A stretch of DNA of 63,396 nt, filler included, from Sluysia triapertura (GCA_046118255.1; 5 parts of 5 records of this genome joined end to end with filler, not necessarily neighbours in it), one strand, 5' to 3'. Counted from the first letter of the whole stretch, positions 28,220 through 42,637 are shown. A program made the numbers and translations. The notes: generated by a model not told the origin, from the letters alone.

Positions 28220-29254
28220 TTCATAAAAGGCATTCTCCTTTACATTTTCGGTTGATCTTCTAACTTCTGATGTCGAACAACATTGAAAGAATATTTCAAT
28301 ATATTTATTAATGCTTAATCTAGTTTTGTTACTGACACTTCACGTGTAATTACATTGAACATACTTTCATTACTGTGCAGTCGAGTAATCATCTGCTCTA
28401 GATTTTGATGAGTAAATTCTTTTGAAACATTAGTATCGAGCTTAGGATAAAGGACTTGTATATAAATATTATAAATGAGAATTTCATCGTTTTCTCCTAA
28501 AATACTAATGCATGAGCGCTTCCATAAGCGTTCATGACTATCATCATTACATGCTTTACCAATTTTAAGCCATTTGGATTGAAAATCGTCTCGGATATGC
28601 GTAAGCGAATTAGGTAAAATATCCGAAATATATTCGATCCCTCCAGGATTTTCTAGCAATTTTTGACTTTTCAAAGTAAATATTTTAATATTATTTGTAC
28701 ATATTATTATACTAGCTCTTAAAGGTGGTTGTACATTATTTTCCATTTATTCATTTTTGATTTAATATTACCTTGTTTATGACGACTTATAAAATCCACT
28801 AGATTACTACGCTGATTGACATCTAATAACGCGACTGCATCATCAGATATCCAGCAATGAATACCTCTTCTTCCAGAAAACACCCACCGAATCTCTTTGG
28901 AACCAATGAATACGATGCAATACCTTTATTTCTGCAGTCATTAATTTTTGCAAACATATGGTTTTGAGCAACAATTTCGAATGTCATCATAATCTGTTAT
29001 GTCACTATAATACATTAAATCTTTAGAAATCGGCAGAAGTAAATTAGATATAAATAATTTATTGGTATTAGGAGACATGATAATAGTATCAATGTCAATT
29101 TTATGTGGATTCTTTTTAATCAACTCGTTTTTTAATTCATTTAACTTTTATATGTGTTATCTTTTATGTTTTTGGATAACCATTTAACATAAATAAGATG
29201 GACGTACATTGCAAAAAATATTTCTTAAAAATTTTTATTCAATTCTGATATCAT
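28220..29254 (-). pseudogene. PRIM1: DNA primase small subunit pseudogene
   Basis: YVKWLS; ELIKKNPHKIDI; SDITDYDDIRNCCS; WVFSGRRGIHCWISD (28845-28890); QPPLRASI; LYPKLDTNVSK; LNKYIEIF. In-frame stops, frameshifts, and loss of the REFSF and LLKSPF..HPKTG blocks. Confidence 0.93.
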
Positions 29255-29600
29255 ACAAGAATATTTATTTTTACCAATATGTTATTGATTGTACAATAAT
29301 TATTACTAACTGCAAAATAAAAATGATCGATACTCCTCATGTTGTGAATGGCTGCCCAATCAAAACATAAAAAGCACATAATATTGATTATTACAATTGG
29401 GCAGTCATTTGAACACGATAAAGTAAATATGTAGTTAATTGTCATCACAACCACTATCAATAGTGACAATAAAATGTACTTATGAATTAAAAGTGTCACC
29501 ATTGATAGTGGTAGCTACCAATTTAAATAATGTAAAATTAATAAATCAGAAATTTTTATGAAAAATTAAAATATAAAATGATAAAATAATAATAATATAA

Positions 29601-29636
<36 letters not shown>

Positions 29637-32600
29637 AAATCGCATAAATTCTTTAGAAATTACATAAACTTGCTAATATTTAAATTTCTTTTTATTTCTA
29701 GACATATTTGAAATTATTTAATTATTTAATTTGATTATTATTTAATTTGAAATTATTCTTATTTAAAACAAATTAAAATCTTACTTGAAAGAAATTTATA
29801 AAATTATAATCGTTCATTAATAATAATATTTGATGTAATAATATTATATAATATTTATAAACATATCAGAATAATTAATTAATAAAAATGTCATTAAAAT
29901 ACATAATAAAAACGTACATAAAATTATTTTTACACTATACAAAATCATACATATTTTAGCGTTTTTTTACATTTTTACATTACACCACCGACAATTAAAT
30001 ACTATTTATTTAACATATTTACTCATACGAAAACAATATTTGTCGAAAAGAATGGTCAAAAACTAATTAAATGAAGTTAATAAATGTTTAAACATTAGCA
30101 AAATAAAATCACCTTTATTGTAATATCAAGTTTTTAATAAAAAAACGTTTAAAAAATCCCTAGTTTTTAACGTTTAAATGATTTCCCACTTAAAAAGTAT
30201 CTGCTAGACAAATTAAGTAAATAAATTAAAATTAATTATTTAATTTAATAATTATGTTTTTGAAACAATATTTAATTTTTGTAAAACGTTTTGAAAAGGC
30301 TTATTAAAATTACATTTTAAAAATAAACTAATAATTAAAGATTTAAATTTTAATATATTAAAACATCAAATTATTTTTTACTATACTTGTTTAAATAAAA
30401 TCTATAAAAATATTAATTAAATCTAAAATATGAAAAATATTTAATATTTAATATAATAACCTTTTTAAAAGTTCATAGTGAAAAATTTGATTGAAATTTT
30501 AAATCAATTTTTAATTCAGTCAATTATTAAAAACCATTAAAAATTCAAATTTTATGCTATATTATTTATTCAAATTTATTGTCATAGTTTTATAAGAATA
30601 TAATTAAGGTTGAGTTAAGTGATATATTTAGAACATTTCATTAAAAGCACTCAACGATATATTAGTGCATCAAGATTTGATAAAAGTGTTGCATAATTAT
30701 TAAGAGTTATTTTTGAAAGTGGCTCATATAACATTTTATAAATATTTCAATAAAAATAATTTAATAAAATATCATAACTAATAGATAATTATTAATAATT
30801 ATTATTTAATTAAATTGTTAGGTGTTACTTTTTAAAATAATGCATTAACAAAATTTTATAGTCAGATTGGATAATAGTCAATATAGACATCAAATTATTA
30901 TCTGTAAATATAATCTGCAAATATAAATGTAAAGATTAAATGTAAATGTAACTGACTTTTTTAATTGGAATATCAGCATGATATCCTTTTAATTTGAAGT
31001 ATGTTGTATTCATTTATTTCTACAATATTTATTGGAACTTAATGAATAAGTAACGATTTAATTACCGATATTGCAACATTATTTAAAACATCTAAATTTA
31101 ATAAAATTTAAGAATTTTAAATTTTAGAAATAGACACTAAGTAATAAGTCTTAAAATTATTTAATAAAATAAAATAAATGGTTGAGAATTAAGCCAAAGT
31201 ACTGTAGAAATTAAAAATTATCATTTTAGTATACGATTGTACCTAGTTAGATACTTATATGGTTAAACCAATATTTTAACAAATAAGTTAATTAATATCT
31301 AGAAGAAATTAGTCATATTATTACAAAAAGTTTAATATTTAAAATCATTTATATAATTACATACAACTGCAAAATAAATTATTTAACAAAGTATACTGCA
31401 ACAAAAAAATTAATTTGTAACTCTTTTCCATAGTACAGTTGTAGCGCAACTGCTCTGTACGGTAGAAAGAATTTATACAAATAAATCCAAATATGTACAA
31501 CTGCTTACCATTGTTTCTATTATACGACTGAAACGTTTAAGTAAATTTGAATGTAAAATATTTCTGTATAAAATTTGAGTTTAAATTTTAAGAAAAATTA
31601 CGCAACATTAGAATTATCGATACATAAATCGCTGACTTAATAAATTTAGAGTTAATTTATAAAACCTCTGAATCAAACTTTTGAAATTACCAAAGATTCT
31701 GAATAATAGCACTATTTTATTAAGTAAATACAATATCTAAATTAGAAATAACTTATAAATTATTTTAACGATTTCAGAATGAAGTTAAGAAGTAACTTAA
31801 TTTAACAGTTTAGAATTAAACTGTTAAAGTTATAAATTAAAACAAAAAATCAATGAAGTAATAATATTGATATTTACAAATTATTTATATCGTAAGGTCT
31901 TTATAATTTTGAAACAATAAACGAATTAATTAATATTGAACCAATCTTTAATAGAAAAATTTTGAAACCTTTGTTAGACAATCAGTGTAATTATTAAAGT
32001 GAACATTGAAAAAGTTTGGCAAAAATTATTAAAAATTGTATTATATTTTTGTAGATAAAAAATATTAATAATTTAAATATTTAATAATTTTATTTTTTAT
32101 TTTGCTTAGAAAATATAAAATGATGAAGTTAATGCACAAGCCAGTAAATATAATTGTGCTCTTTATTTATAATTTATCTTATTAATTATTTGTTGCATTC
32201 TTTAGCTTTCTTTTACATCTCGTCAGACGTTTATTATTTATTATTTTTTTGTAATAGTTGCTGTATATGAAAAATAAGAATAATTTATTATTAGGCTTGT
32301 TAAACGGCATTTTTCTACTTAATTAATGCATAGTTGAAACAATTTCTATTGTTATTTTAATAAAACTTTTAATATTCTTTTAATTTTTCAAATAGCTGAT
32401 CATCGTAATATATTCGTTAAAATTTTTGAAATTTATTATTAAAACAGTAAATAAATAATTAAAAATATATTAATTAAATTTATTAATTTTGAAAATAATT
32501 CTATGATTAAATTATATGATAAAAATTATAAATTTTTAAATTAAAGTAACATTCATTTATTTAAACAAATAAATATTGTTAATTTTTAATTTGTATATAC

Positions 32601-33542
32601 TTGTTAATTTAAATAATGTCTAATTATATATAGTTTATTTTTTATTTTATTATATTTTATCGTATTATATTTTATTATTACTTTTATTTATTAAAATTAT
32701 ACTTTCTATACTTTAATATATTTACCAATTAAAATTAAGAACACGCTTTTAATAATTTTATACAATGATTAATTAAAATAAATTTAAATTATCAAAATTT
32801 TTAATTATTATAAAAAATTAACAAATAATGTCATAAATGTATTTAATAAAATATAAAACCAATTTTATTAAAATATCTATTAATTAATTAATTAACATGC
32901 GTAACACTCTATTGTCATTTGATTTCCTTTTGTACGTATATGTGCTCTATAAATATACACAAAAGCAATACAATTACAAAAAAAGAAACCAGAATGTGTC
33001 ATAAAAGCGACATTTATCGTCTACTATTTTGAGACTTTGATAATATTTATTGTTTTATTTATAGATATTAATTGAAACTTAATAAAAATATACGTTAACA
33101 TAAATTATTGCATATTAATTATAAAAATGTTTTTAGTAAAAATTGATGTTTTATCGAAAGCAAATGTTCTGCTATTTTAATATTAATACATTACTTTAGT
33201 TGACCATACAGTTTTTATATTTTACTTATATTAATATTATTATTATTATTATATAATTACTAAATATTTACAAATTATGCGAAACGGAAAATTTCCATCT
33301 TGGAAAAGAATTCATACTGACATGATTTTCAAGGAGCATTAATTGTAGCCCTTTTGAAAACATGTTACCAACAGAAGAAATGTGTCTATTCCAGAAAGAC
33401 ATAACGAACTATATGGCGCAGCCTACTTGTTATAGTTGATGATGAAGATAAATTTTTAGATGAATTACTGGAACAAAGTCACCAAATTGTGAAATTGATA
33501 CTCGAATTAAGGGAGTATCACTATGAAAAATCGAAATACATA

Positions 33543-33650
33543 ATTGCTGTGGTTTCTTTTAATTCTTAACTTACGGCAAAATAAAACTGTGCTGGGTCCG
33601 ATTACATTAAACGATTTATGACATAGAGTGGGTCCTTTCTGTAACTATCA
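33543..33650 (+). repeat. Left arm segment of a degenerate inverted duplication (coding-like: IAVV...CAGSDYIKRFMT)
   Basis: Homologous to the reverse complement of 35390-35495 (IAVVF...AGSDYSKYLMS*RGRFCN). Confidence 0.7.
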
Positions 33651-34169
33651 ATTTACAAATCTTAATGTAATTAATATGGAAATTTGGTGTGGTCATTATT
33701 ACTCGGTAATAGTTAGATGGTCTCGATATCAAAAATTTAATTCTATAATTAAGTCTAATCTGTTCTACAAATTAAGTTGATCACAATTCAACAAATAAAA
33801 TTCGAAAATTTATTAAATAAAATTATATTCAAATATCAGATAAGAAAAAAATTAAAATATAAAAAGGAATTATTTTATAATTGAAACATTTTCAGATCTT
33901 TAATTTTAATACTTCAATATTTAAATATATATATATATATTTTCCTCTCATTAAATTGCAGTAACAAGAAATGATTTTACATATTTTATTATTTTGATCT
34001 GGAGGATCAAAACTACCATAATAATAACTTACGAATTTAATGGAAACTGTTGAAATCTTTTGATTAAATAGCTGAAACAATTATTTAAAATTCCTCACTT
34101 AACAAAATAATATTTGTTAATAAAACCTATGCGCTTTATCGAAATAAAAATTTATAAAAATAATGAAAA

Positions 34170-34275
34170 TGCCAGTATTTATACCTGTTATCAGCCAATC
34201 AAAATCAGTGGAATCAGGAAAAATCTAGAATGTTCTAGAATTTTAGATTTATTTTTTAGAAAGTGGTATTTTCTT
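34170..34275 (-). promoter_or_regulatory. HSE-CCAAT-TATA cassette, copy A (points left)
   Basis: HSE ctaGAAtgTTCtaGAA at 34225-34240; cagCCAAT at 34192-34199; TATAAATA on the minus strand at 34176-34183. Confidence 0.65.
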
Positions 34276-34729
34276 TTAAGGAATTTAATGATTTTAAAGG
34301 GCTGTGATGATGAAATAATGTCTTTCAGTGAAAAAGTTGTAAACTTGAAAGTAATATAAACAGAAGAAATATAACAATTAGAAGAGGTAGCTAAAATGTT
34401 GCAAAATACCATACTGATAATTTAACAAAGTTTTACGAGAATTTCAATGCATCTCGACGAAATAATAAAATGATTCGTGTCAAACTAGAAAAATACCAAT
34501 AACAAATACCAAAATTAGGAAACAGACAAATAAAACTAAAATAGGAAATGATTTCAATATGGAAAATCAAAAATGTAAGATAAATTCTTAAAAGATAAAT
34601 TAAATTACTAAAGGATAACTTTAGTAAGCATAATGAAATTCGTAGCACATCAAATGAAGATGGATTAACTATCAAACCTAAAAAATAATAAAAAAATATT
34701 GCCATCACAATCCTATAAGTTTACTTTTG

Positions 34730-34850
34730 AAAAAAGAAAATTCGCTTTTAAAAATAGAACAGAAGCTTCTATAATGCTCTAGAACATTCAAAAATATTCC
34801 TTCGATTCCTATTGGCTGATGACTAGTACATAAACTAGTATCAGTTTGAT
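34730..34850 (+). promoter_or_regulatory. HSE-CCAAT-TATA cassette, copy B (points right, partly degenerate)
   Basis: aGAAgcTTCtaTAAtgCTCtaGAAcaTTC at 34761-34789; ATTGGCTG at 34811; TACATAAA at 34827. Confidence 0.65.
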
Positions 34851-35389
34851 AATAATTGCCATTTTTTTCTTTATTTATTTTTGAGCTAAAAATTTTTAGT
34901 TTATCGATCGACATTAAAACAATTAACAGTCAATATTGGTAGCAATATTATTCGAGCAGAACCCTCTTTTCATTCCATTTTTATCATAAGTTATTTTTAT
35001 TAAGGTTATACGAATTACGAAAATTAGTAAGTTACAATCTACTCAACTTTATTTTTAAAGTTATAGTAAGTTTCCCGATATATTTAGGGGCAAAATCCAC
35101 TTAAATTTAATTTATAACGAAAACAATTAAAGACCTTAACGGTTTTAATTGTACAATTTAATTTTATTAGTTCTCTGTCTATTCTTTATAGTTACATAAA
35201 TTTTTAACTCTTTTTGTGATTTTTTAATAAACTTACCTAAGTTTATAGTTTCATTATTTCATTAGAATTGGAATTTTTTAGTTAAATTAAAAAGTTTTTT
35301 GAAACAGTTAATTACGTGGTTAATTGAGCATTTGATATGACCCTAAAATAAAGGAACATTACTACTTAAATAAAATATTAGCTTACACA

Positions 35390-35495
35390 GTTACAGAAAC
35401 GCCCTCTTCACGACATAAGATATTTACTGTAATCGGATCCTGCTCAAAAATATTTTTCCATACGCTAAGTGTAGGAAAAACCACAGCAATAAGAA
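35390..35495 (-). repeat. Right arm segment of the degenerate inverted duplication
   Basis: Homologous to 33543-33650; followed on the minus strand by a short gtaag...ttttag intron-like stretch. Confidence 0.7.
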
Positions 35496-38400
35496 TGAAA
35501 ATTATACATTTGTTACGATATAATGTAATATCGAAATAAGAAGACAGAACAATAATTAGAATTATATATAATAAGAATATTTGCTTATTTGGCTATTCAA
35601 ATATGTAATATAACAGTATCCTTACACCAGGAATACGTCTAAATATTTATTAAATCAATAAGTCAAAAAAGAAGGACAGAAAGAATTTTTTTAAAATTTT
35701 TAACGAATAATAGCGCTAAATTCGATATATGAACTGAATATATCGACAACTAAACGAAATCAAAGGTATATTCCACATCTATCAAGAAAGTGGATTAACT
35801 CGAATGGGAGTAAAAGAATGTGAAATTACACTAAACATGGTAAAGTTTGTCCTTTGCATTCCGACGTACACTATACCAGCCATTAATAATGATATCATAT
35901 ACTTGCTTTGAAGGTTCCATGAATGCACAAGGAAATGAAGAATGCACAATGACTCAATTATCATGATTTTACATATACAAGTTCTACAAAAAAAATCGCA
36001 TTGATAAATTAGACATGTTTATGTATAGAATATTAGTTATAGAATACTGCGTGATCGATCAAATTGAATAATATTTATATAGAAAAATAGGTTTTGTTTA
36101 TATAAATATATAAATAAAGTCATTAATTATTTACTAAATTATTTATATTTATTTATATGCATTAATTAAATGCTACAAGTATGAAAAATCGATCAAAAAA
36201 TGTCAGATGAGCAAAGCCTAGAAATTATAACACTCATAATAACCATGACTGCAAGATAACAAAAGAAAATAGTAATTCTACTAAGCGAAATGAATGAAAA
36301 ATGTTTTAATTATCAGGAAAATTTGTTTAAAAAAATTGGAAAAAATTTCGAATAAATGGACTTAATTTTAACAAAATAATATGACTATAGAATTTCTCTA
36401 TTTGCTTACATAAATAAACAGCAAAAGAACAACTTTGCAAATTGAGAATTTCGGTTTCTTGGAAGAAATAGTGTTCAATATATTTCAATGATTGATTTAC
36501 TATTTCAATGATTTACTATTCCTTATTCAAAACAGTATACTAAAAAATAAGATTTTATTTCATCTTCATCATTTAGATAAACATTGATTTCCCTATTAGA
36601 GATAAATGAATCAAGAAATCCCAAATGTTTATCAAGGTTCGAATGGAAAATTATCCTTGAATATACATTTTTTCAAATTCTTGAAATAAATTAAAAAGAT
36701 TATGAAGGAATAAAACAGAGTCACCATCAATATACATATTAGGCAGGTTTTATAGGTTAATTCATGGTGACTATGTTGCATTTAAGATCTAAAATGTTGA
36801 AAACATTTCAATAGTATTCTATTATAGTAGAAAATCATCTTTTATCACAATGAGGAAAGATAACCGAAATTTATGTTTAATTTTGTAATTTCTTGCAATA
36901 TCGTACAATAAATTAGAATTATTGTTTATCACTTTTATTAAATATTTTCAAAAAATATGCTGGAATTTTCACCCCATGTGTTAAGTTATTATAAACATTT
37001 TAAATAAATGAATTAATGAAAAATCTAAAAGTAACAGAGAAAAAACTTTCAGATTTCACTTCAATATTACATTATATTTTTCATAAAACCATCTAAACTT
37101 AAGTCAGTAAAATTTTCAACTGAAAACATATCTTATAATATTATGAAGCGGTTCGTAAAGAAGATGATATAAGAAGTTATAAAGGATAAATTTATACTGA
37201 GAAGCTCCAATTAATATTATTTAATGGCACAAGAAAAAGAAACTCATAAGTACGTTTGAATGAAATATATTGCGTTAACTTTTTGAGGTACGACGATATT
37301 AAAAGTGTCCCACCTTTTTGAGTCTCATTATATAACAAAAAACATAACTGAATAATAATTTTTTAATTCCTTTAATAAAAATAAATCAAATGAAATTTCT
37401 GTATCTCAAATGGTTAATACACAATCCTAAAATAAATGAATTAGAGAAACTTTTAAATTTTCAAAAATAATGACTAGAAACCCATTTGAAATATGTAATT
37501 CCTTTTACTCTGGATAGGTCCATTAATAACAAGAAAGGCTGAAGTTATAAGTCCAAGCTTTTCACCTTAATTAGCATATGTGTTAGTAAAAATGAAATTA
37601 GTTAAATGCGATTCTATATCGATTTTCAAAGCTTAAGTGAAACAATGAGAAAAAAATGAACAAACATAACCTCTTACAAATGAATAGTTAAACAAACGCA
37701 GAAATTCAAAATATTTTGTAGCACTGCATCTAAAGAATAGTTACTGAAAATTGCTAGTTCGAATGAAAATAAGCATTAAAAAGTTTATTCGAATGCAAGA
37801 AAATGCCTTTGGATTTATAGGGGTGCATAGATTTTGTATTTTTTATATAAATTTATAATTTCTTAAGGTTTTGCCTGTAATTTATAGTTTATATCTCAGC
37901 GAAATACACAATTACAGGATTTAGTCAAAAAACTAAGACAAGATTACCTAATCTTTGCTGCGCAATAAAAGAATTTTTTAACAACATACTCTTCCTGTTT
38001 ACAAGGGTCTTTAACGATACTAGTAAACTTATATCAGCATTTACAATTTTAACTATGAAACAATAAATTTTTTAATTCAAATTTTAATATTAAACAGAGT
38101 TTTTTCAATTTATTATTATCAATCTTATGGAAAAATTTCTTCAATGTCATATCTAACGTTTTCTGATTCTCTTTTCAACTATTAATTTAAATTTTTAATA
38201 ACTAATTTCTCACTTAGATCTACTTTTTCTTGCTTGAATTATAATTAATTCACTTTAAATGGTCAATAACTGTTACTCCAAATTTATTATTGAAACGTAA
38301 TATTTCTAATTTCAACTGTAAACAACAAATATGAAAATGACAACAATTTATTCAGACAGTATCAAAATATTTTCTCACAAATAATTAAATATAAAACTGA

Positions 38401-38659
38401 TGAATCACTTCTTGGAATGTAAAGTAATTTATAGTCTGAGTGTATTTTGATGTTAAATCAAAGACCTTAGAAAAAATCAATTTGCTGTTAGCTTGTCATG
38501 ACAACCCTATAAAGTAATTTAAATTGTCGTAATAAAACTTTAAAATTATTTAAAATCATTGAAAAATCAATTAAAATCATATAAAAGGCCTTAAAACTAT
38601 TTATAAATCTTTAAAATCACTTAAACAATAATTATTTTCCAAAAAAGAAAATAAAATTT

Positions 38660-38785
38660 TGAAAAAATAGCATTCGCTTCTAAAAATAGAATAGAAGCTT
38701 CTCGAATGTTCTAGAACATTCCATCGATTTTCATTGGCTGATGACTAATATATAAACAAGTCACCATTTTGATAAATCAGTTGTT
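38660..38785 (+). promoter_or_regulatory. Heat-shock promoter cassette, copy C (best preserved)
   Basis: Six perfect alternating nGAAn units aGAAgcTTCtcGAAtgTTCtaGAAcaTTCc at 38693-38722; ATTGGCTG at 38733; TATATAAA at 38749-38756; Inr TCAGTT at 38777-38782, about 30 nt after the TATA. Confidence 0.8.
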
Positions 38786-39683
38786 TCAATTTTGCCTTTG
38801 TTCGAGGAACTGTGAAATTTCAGTAACGGTTCACAATTCGTAGTCATTCAGTAATTTGGAAAATATCTATCAGCCATTGGTAATTTATATATTTGTAGGG
38901 TCAGTTTCAACTTTAGAAGTTGACATTATAAAATACACGCAAATTTTATATTATTGGTATATTGAGGGTAATATCAATAACGCTATCGGAGCTTTTGTCT
39001 TACTAATATTTTATTTTATAAATAAAATCAACGTTTTTTGTGTTATTTAATTATTAAAAAATTTAAGCATAGATTATTAAAGTTTTTGATACTTTTGAGC
39101 ACTTGTAAGATTCTAGTTATATGACATTTACATTGTTCGGTTTTTACTTCTAAAGAGAACAATTATGAATATTCTTAAATGGGTTCGCCTACGAAAAAAC
39201 GTTTTATCTTATAAAAGGACGTTCTCGTAGGATTTTAAAGCGACTTAAAAAAGCTAAAGATTGAGCAGAAAGAATAACGGTGATGGATACTTTAATCCAA
39301 CGAAATTTATACTTAAATGTATATAATATTTAATTTATTCTCAGGTATTTTAATAACACACAGTTAACGTGATGAGTCTTGCTAATTTAGTTAGTAAATC
39401 CTTTGTAATCAATTGACTCTATAAAATTCTTGAAAAAGGGTTAAACCTCTTAGTTGGTTGAATAGATACTTAGTAGGTTTCACTATCTAACAATTTTAGA
39501 AAAATATTAAAAAACTTTCTTAACTAAATGTATAAATTCGTATTAATTTCAATCAGTTAGGAATTCTAACAATTATCAATTAATTTATTCTTTCACTAAA
39601 ATTATATTTATAAAGAAGATTCAATAACAAAACCAAATTTATTATATAGGTATGATAAAATAAAACTGGATACACTTTGAAAA

Positions 39684-39783
39684 NNNNNNNNNNNNNNNNN
39701 NNNNNNNNNNNNNNNNNNNNNNNNNNNTTAATTAATTAANNNNNNNNNNNNNNNNNNNNNNNNNNNNNNNNNNNNNNNNNNNN
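39684..39783. other. Artificial contig linker
   Basis: N44-TTAATTAATTAA-N44. Confidence 0.97.
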
Positions 39784-42637
39784 TTATCATTAAGATTATA
39801 ATGCTTTATATCAATTTAAAATGAGATTTAATAGAGTTAATATAAATTCAAAATTTAATATCAAATAACAATTAGTTTAGATTAAAATAAAATAAATAAT
39901 CATTTTAAAATGAGATTCTATGAAGACAATATAACATTAAATTTTAAAAACATAAAGATTATTCTAATATGAGAGTTAAAATTAATAAAAATACACAAAC
40001 ACAAACAAGAGTAATATAGAAATATTATCATTAGTGAAAAAATCGATCATTAAAAGAAGATTTTTATAAACACTGAGTTTGCTGCAACGAAAATTCAAAC
40101 AAAAGAAGGATTTCAATTATTTTTTTCGGAGATTGATTTTACTTTATTATTATCAGATAAAAGGACAATTTTAAACTACAGTTACCGGAATTACAGACAA
40201 AAAAGGACACAACTTGAAATTAATTGTAAAAAAACTTCTTGTAGGTAAGTGATACTTATTCTCGTTCCTAAATTTAAAATTTTTTTAATATAATCATTAT
40301 TACTGTTCTAAATGTGTACAATGATATTTTTATTAATTGTTTTAAATAAATTTTTATTAAAAAAATTGATTTGTTTTTGATTGAGAAAAAAGTCAAGTTT
40401 ATAATTAAATAGAATTACAAATAAATTGAATAATTGTTTATTTTGAATTTTTATTCTGTTATTAGAGCTCCAAAGAAGGATAAGATTGTTATATTTTGTA
40501 AGGAAAATAAATTGAGACAGGATTTACAACAAAGAATCAAAATTAATATCGTTTTAATTAATTTTTTTGAGAAAATTGAACCTCATCCTAGAATATAATA
40601 GCAACTTATTTGCGTTTTCATTCCCGACCATTATAACAAGTATCCGAGCTCACGTTTCTATATATAATAAATTTATAAATAAAACAATAAGGAGTTTGTA
40701 AGATAAGACAACTACCAAGAAATTTTAAATTACTGCCAACTGGTAATATTTTTACATAACTAAATAGGTTAAAACTTAGTGAGGATACATATTAATAAAA
40801 CTGAGCAATTGTCAAGACGTTTGTAAGAATTTGCATTAATAAGTTTAATTTTTCACATTTGTTGTAAGTATAGATAAGATACGTTAGTAGATACAGATCT
40901 ATTGACATAATAAGACATTTAGAGCTGTTTTAAGTTTGACAAAGAATTAAAGACATTTTAAAATATAAACTCAACACATAAATAAATTAAACTTTTCAAC
41001 TGTATTAACAAATTTTCATCGTGCATAATTAATAATTTTAAAATAACTATTAATTTAAATTTAAAACAAAATTAACAATATTTAACGTGTTTATTATTTT
41101 CTTCATACTTATACTAAATTAAAATAGAACCAAAAATAGTATATAAAAATGTTTACCTATCTTAAATATAAAAATAAATGACTAAAAAACTTTTAATGCA
41201 GTTATTTACTTATTGCTGTTTTGAGTTTATTTGTATACTTTTCTTTTAGTTTGGAATTAAATTCATGTTATTTTTAGAATCTATTCTTATTTTTGTTACT
41301 GAATATTGTTTACTTCTCGATATAAATTGCTGTGTTTGCTAACAATGGCAATAATATGAGATTATAAAATTGCAAGAAAATAAAAATATTATTTTAATTC
41401 CATCTGTAAATATATTAGTAATTTTAAATTAATCATAACTAAAACAAATCTTAAAACATCTGAGTAACCTTAAAATGAACATCTTAAAATTTCTTGATAG
41501 AAAATGAAAATGTAACACAAGAAAAAGTCTGAACATGCCACATTTAATAAACAAGTGTAAACAAGTACTAATCATTTGGTAGTGTTAGAAGAAATAATCC
41601 AAAAGTTTACTTAATTAGAAATGAAGAAATGAACAATAAATTTCAACGAACAAATAACAGGAGAATAAATGTATATATATAAATTATAATATGGACATAA
41701 TATGTTAATATATAAAATTGTATAAAATTGTAGGGAATAATTCATTATAAAATAGGTAGTTTAATAATAGTAATAATTGTATATTTTGTGTCAGATTAAT
41801 TTCAGCCTTAATTTCAAAAATCTTTGATTTCTTACATCTTGACTTTAGATCATTAAATATCGTCTAATTCAGAGAATAAGCTTTTATTATAGCATTTGTA
41901 ATCTGATTTTAGTTTTAGATTTACCTTTAACTTTTACCTTATTACTGACTTTTTATCCTATTGCTTAAGCTTAAATTCAATTCTTTTTAAAATTATCAAA
42001 GTTAATCTGAAGTTTCGATTCGTCTCTGATGAATAAAATAAAATAAATTGTAATTTTTAATGTTAAGATCTTAGTTTCTTAAACTTTACCTCTCAATCCT
42101 TATTTAAATAAAAAGGAACTAAGTAAACAAATTAATATATTTTTATTCAAATTAGCACGCAGATAATTTTAACAATCAAATAAGTAAATATCAATGTCAT
42201 TAATAAAATATTACTAAATTGAAGTTTAAAATAAGAATGTATAAATAAAAAGAAATTATTTATTTATTTTATATTTATTATTGGCCAAGAGTAAATAATC
42301 TTTATGATTAATAGAATTGATCATTGTTATATTCGAGGGAATTTGTATGTTTTTCCATTTATGCTGCGGTATCCTTGTAATGATTCAATTGACGTTTTAT
42401 CCAAATCAATCTATAGATTGCAATTATTCACAGAATTACCATACAATTTACTCATACTATTATTCCCACTTGGCCAAAGCGTGTATACTAAATTATTTTA
42501 TTATTTTATTTTATTTTATTATTTTATTCAGAATGTATAAAAAAATTAACATGTATTGAATTTTATTCGCATGTAATACACCTAAATTATTTAATGTAGT
42601 TATATACAATCAATTTTTACAGCCGAATTTCCTTTAA

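Noticed and set aside
34114-34914. Cluster of short ORFs on both strands
   Set aside because: They overlap the promoter cassettes and AT-rich spacer and carry no recognisable protein signal.
42317-42559. Argonaute/Piwi C-terminus (QLTF...YYSHLAKA)
   Set aside because: Similarity is too short and weak, with no other Piwi motifs nearby.
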